From: Ylistrum balloti
Taxonomy: Eukaryota
DNA: 64,000 nucleotides
Reading direction: 5' to 3'
NCBI RefSeq assembly: GCF_031769215.1
Contig: NW_026781889.1
Span: 1,550,001 to 1,614,000, forward strand
Under the pieces are notes generated by a model. The model saw only the letters and a program-made list of their open reading frames with translations. It did not search any database and had not been told where the DNA came from. The stretch's first letter is position 1, and every line of letters starts with the position of its first letter. Of this stretch, positions 62,016-64,000 are shown piece by piece. The translations under genes and the position numbers were made by a program.

Positions 62016-62519
62016 ATCAGATTCATTGTCTTCAATAATACTACCCTTACCCAGATTTGAAAATATGAAGACTAAAGAAGAGTTGTCAACCATGGTCAGA
62101 TGGTTTCATGTGTCATGCTACTGTGTTACAATCATGACAATGCAAATGAAGGCAATATGGGTGACCTTCACAATCTGTAAACCTCTTACAAATATCACAA
62201 ACCAGCAAAAAATACCATTTGTTTACATCTTAGCCTGCATTAGCTAATATTTTAATCAGAAACAGCTAAAGTTGACCTGTGTTATATTTACAATTTCAGT
62301 TGTGATAGTTATTGTATGTAGAGTCTATTTAATAGAAAAATAAGTGGTCTTTTTAAAGTTAGATTCAACTTTTCTGCAACTGGATAAATGAGACATACAA
62401 CAATAAACATGATTTTTTTCAAATCTCTTACTTGAATCAGTGTATAAAGGAGATGTGTTTTAGCCATTACTGTTGGAATTGGAAAATTGATAATGATTTA
62501 TGCTCTGGGTTATCATAAA

Positions 62520-62875
62520 TGTTGATATGCAGGGTCTATGGTAAACAAAAAATACTGAAATACTGATGTGCAGGGTCTATGGTTTACCATAAAAACTGAT
62601 ATGCAGGGTCTATGGTAGGTCATAAATACTGATATGCAGGGTCTATGGTTTACCATAAATACTGATATGCAGGGTCTATGGTTTACCATAAATACTGACA
62701 TGCAGGGTCTATGGTTTATCATAAATACTGATATGCAGGGTCTATGGTTTACCATAAATACTGATATGCAGGGTCTATGGTTTACCATAAATACTGATAT
62801 GCAGGGTCTATGGTTTACCATAAATACTGATATGCAGGGTCTTTTATACCATAAAACTGAAATGCAGGGATTATA
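62520..62875. repeat. 33-bp minisatellite (CTGATATGCAGGGTCTATGGTTTACCATAAATA)
   Basis: About 10 units. Confidence 0.95.
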
Positions 62876-64000
62876 TAATTATTTGACATCCAATGTCATT
62901 TTACATATGCAAAAATACTACATGAGAGATAGTTTCATATTGATTTTATATGTACCGCAAACATGAAAATCACTTAAAATAATTATCTGCGAAGAAATTA
63001 AAACCTATTCATCTAATGCAAAAAAATGTGGTCAACACCTTCAGAAACTATGGTGGTATGCTTTAAGTGGCATACAAATATATATTAAGCTAATTTGTAT
63101 AATATAGTGTTAAAGATGCTTAAGGTTTATAGCAGAATATATTCTCATTGAAATAACATAGCATTCATAGAACTATAAATGAACCAACATTCATGTTTAA
63201 ATATCAATTATTTCCTCCCTTGGATGATAATGTTATGAGTCACAGATTTTTTATCAAGGTATATGTATTGATGCTTTTCAGGTGTACTTTTCATTGAAAT
63301 ATTTATCACCTTCATAGTCACAAAAACTGTTACATTATATGATTACATTTGTATGAAATGTTTCCTTCATTTTATTTCATATGTACATAGCATACACATA
63401 CATACCTACACAAACTTTTCATTCAAATATTAGTCCACCGAGAGTCCCCTGAGTAAAAAAACAAAATAAAAAAAAAAATCAGGTGTGTATTTGTATACTT
63501 TTGTGTTTGTAGTTGTTATTTGTAGATTTTTTGTTAATATGTTTTGTCGGCAGGTACGACTGTAAGATATGTTATTGGTTTTTATTCAAAGAATATATAA
63601 TACAGCTGTATTTTTTAAATTCTATTTAGTTTTGGTTCTTGTATCATGTAGATATTTTAAAGCCTGTTTTGATATGTTCATCTCTCTCTATTAAAGAATA
63701 TCATAGTAAAAATTGTTAGTTTTCATTGTGATGTATGAAAGCATATATAGCCATCTCACACCTGTAGTGTACTGACAAACTTCATATAGTCTGACAGGTG
63801 ACTCGGTAACATACACATCTGTAAAAGGAATCATAAGCCCACTTTCTCACAAAAAAAAGATAATGAAAAAAGGATGTTAATAACAATAATGGAAACTAAT
63901 TTGTGTAGATGATTTTGTGGCTAAGATTCTTTAACAAAGAAGCTTTTTTCATATATTTTCCACATCAAAATGTTTTGTGAAAACAATCAACAGCCACAAT

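Noticed and set aside
1-62875. CRISPR-like appearance of 24-41-bp repeats
   Set aside because: Units are head-to-tail without unique spacers, there are no cas genes, and the context is a spliced eukaryotic genome.

Overview
AT-rich eukaryotic (invertebrate, probably molluscan; inference from repeat types) genomic DNA with two N gaps (14152-14418, 28933-29099). I could splice two divergently oriented genes by hand, each with GT-AG introns and consistent phases. (1) A 4-exon DUSP1/2/4/5-class MAP kinase phosphatase on the minus strand (767-9951, 393 aa). (2) A 9-coding-exon gene on the plus strand (37600-52204, 1106 aa) encoding an N-terminal PH domain, a long disordered Tyr/Pro-motif linker and two C-terminal PDZ-like modules; I cannot name it. 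Between them lie a near-full-length but inactivated L1/Tx1-type LINE (about 16.3-22.5 kb), pogo, CR1/RTEX-like and SINE remnants. At least 14 minisatellite arrays, several Helentron-associated-like repeats and two MITE-like elements are also present. The most notable non-coding signals are three dispersed copies of a Penelope-LTR-like repeat whose complementary lesions reconstruct a minimal hammerhead ribozyme, a second hammerhead-like cassette inside a perfect 25-bp inverted repeat in DUSP intron 1, a 1.05-kb DNA transposon with a 5-bp target-site duplication, and an array of about 40 half-CRE sites upstream of the DUSP. No database searches or folding programs were run.
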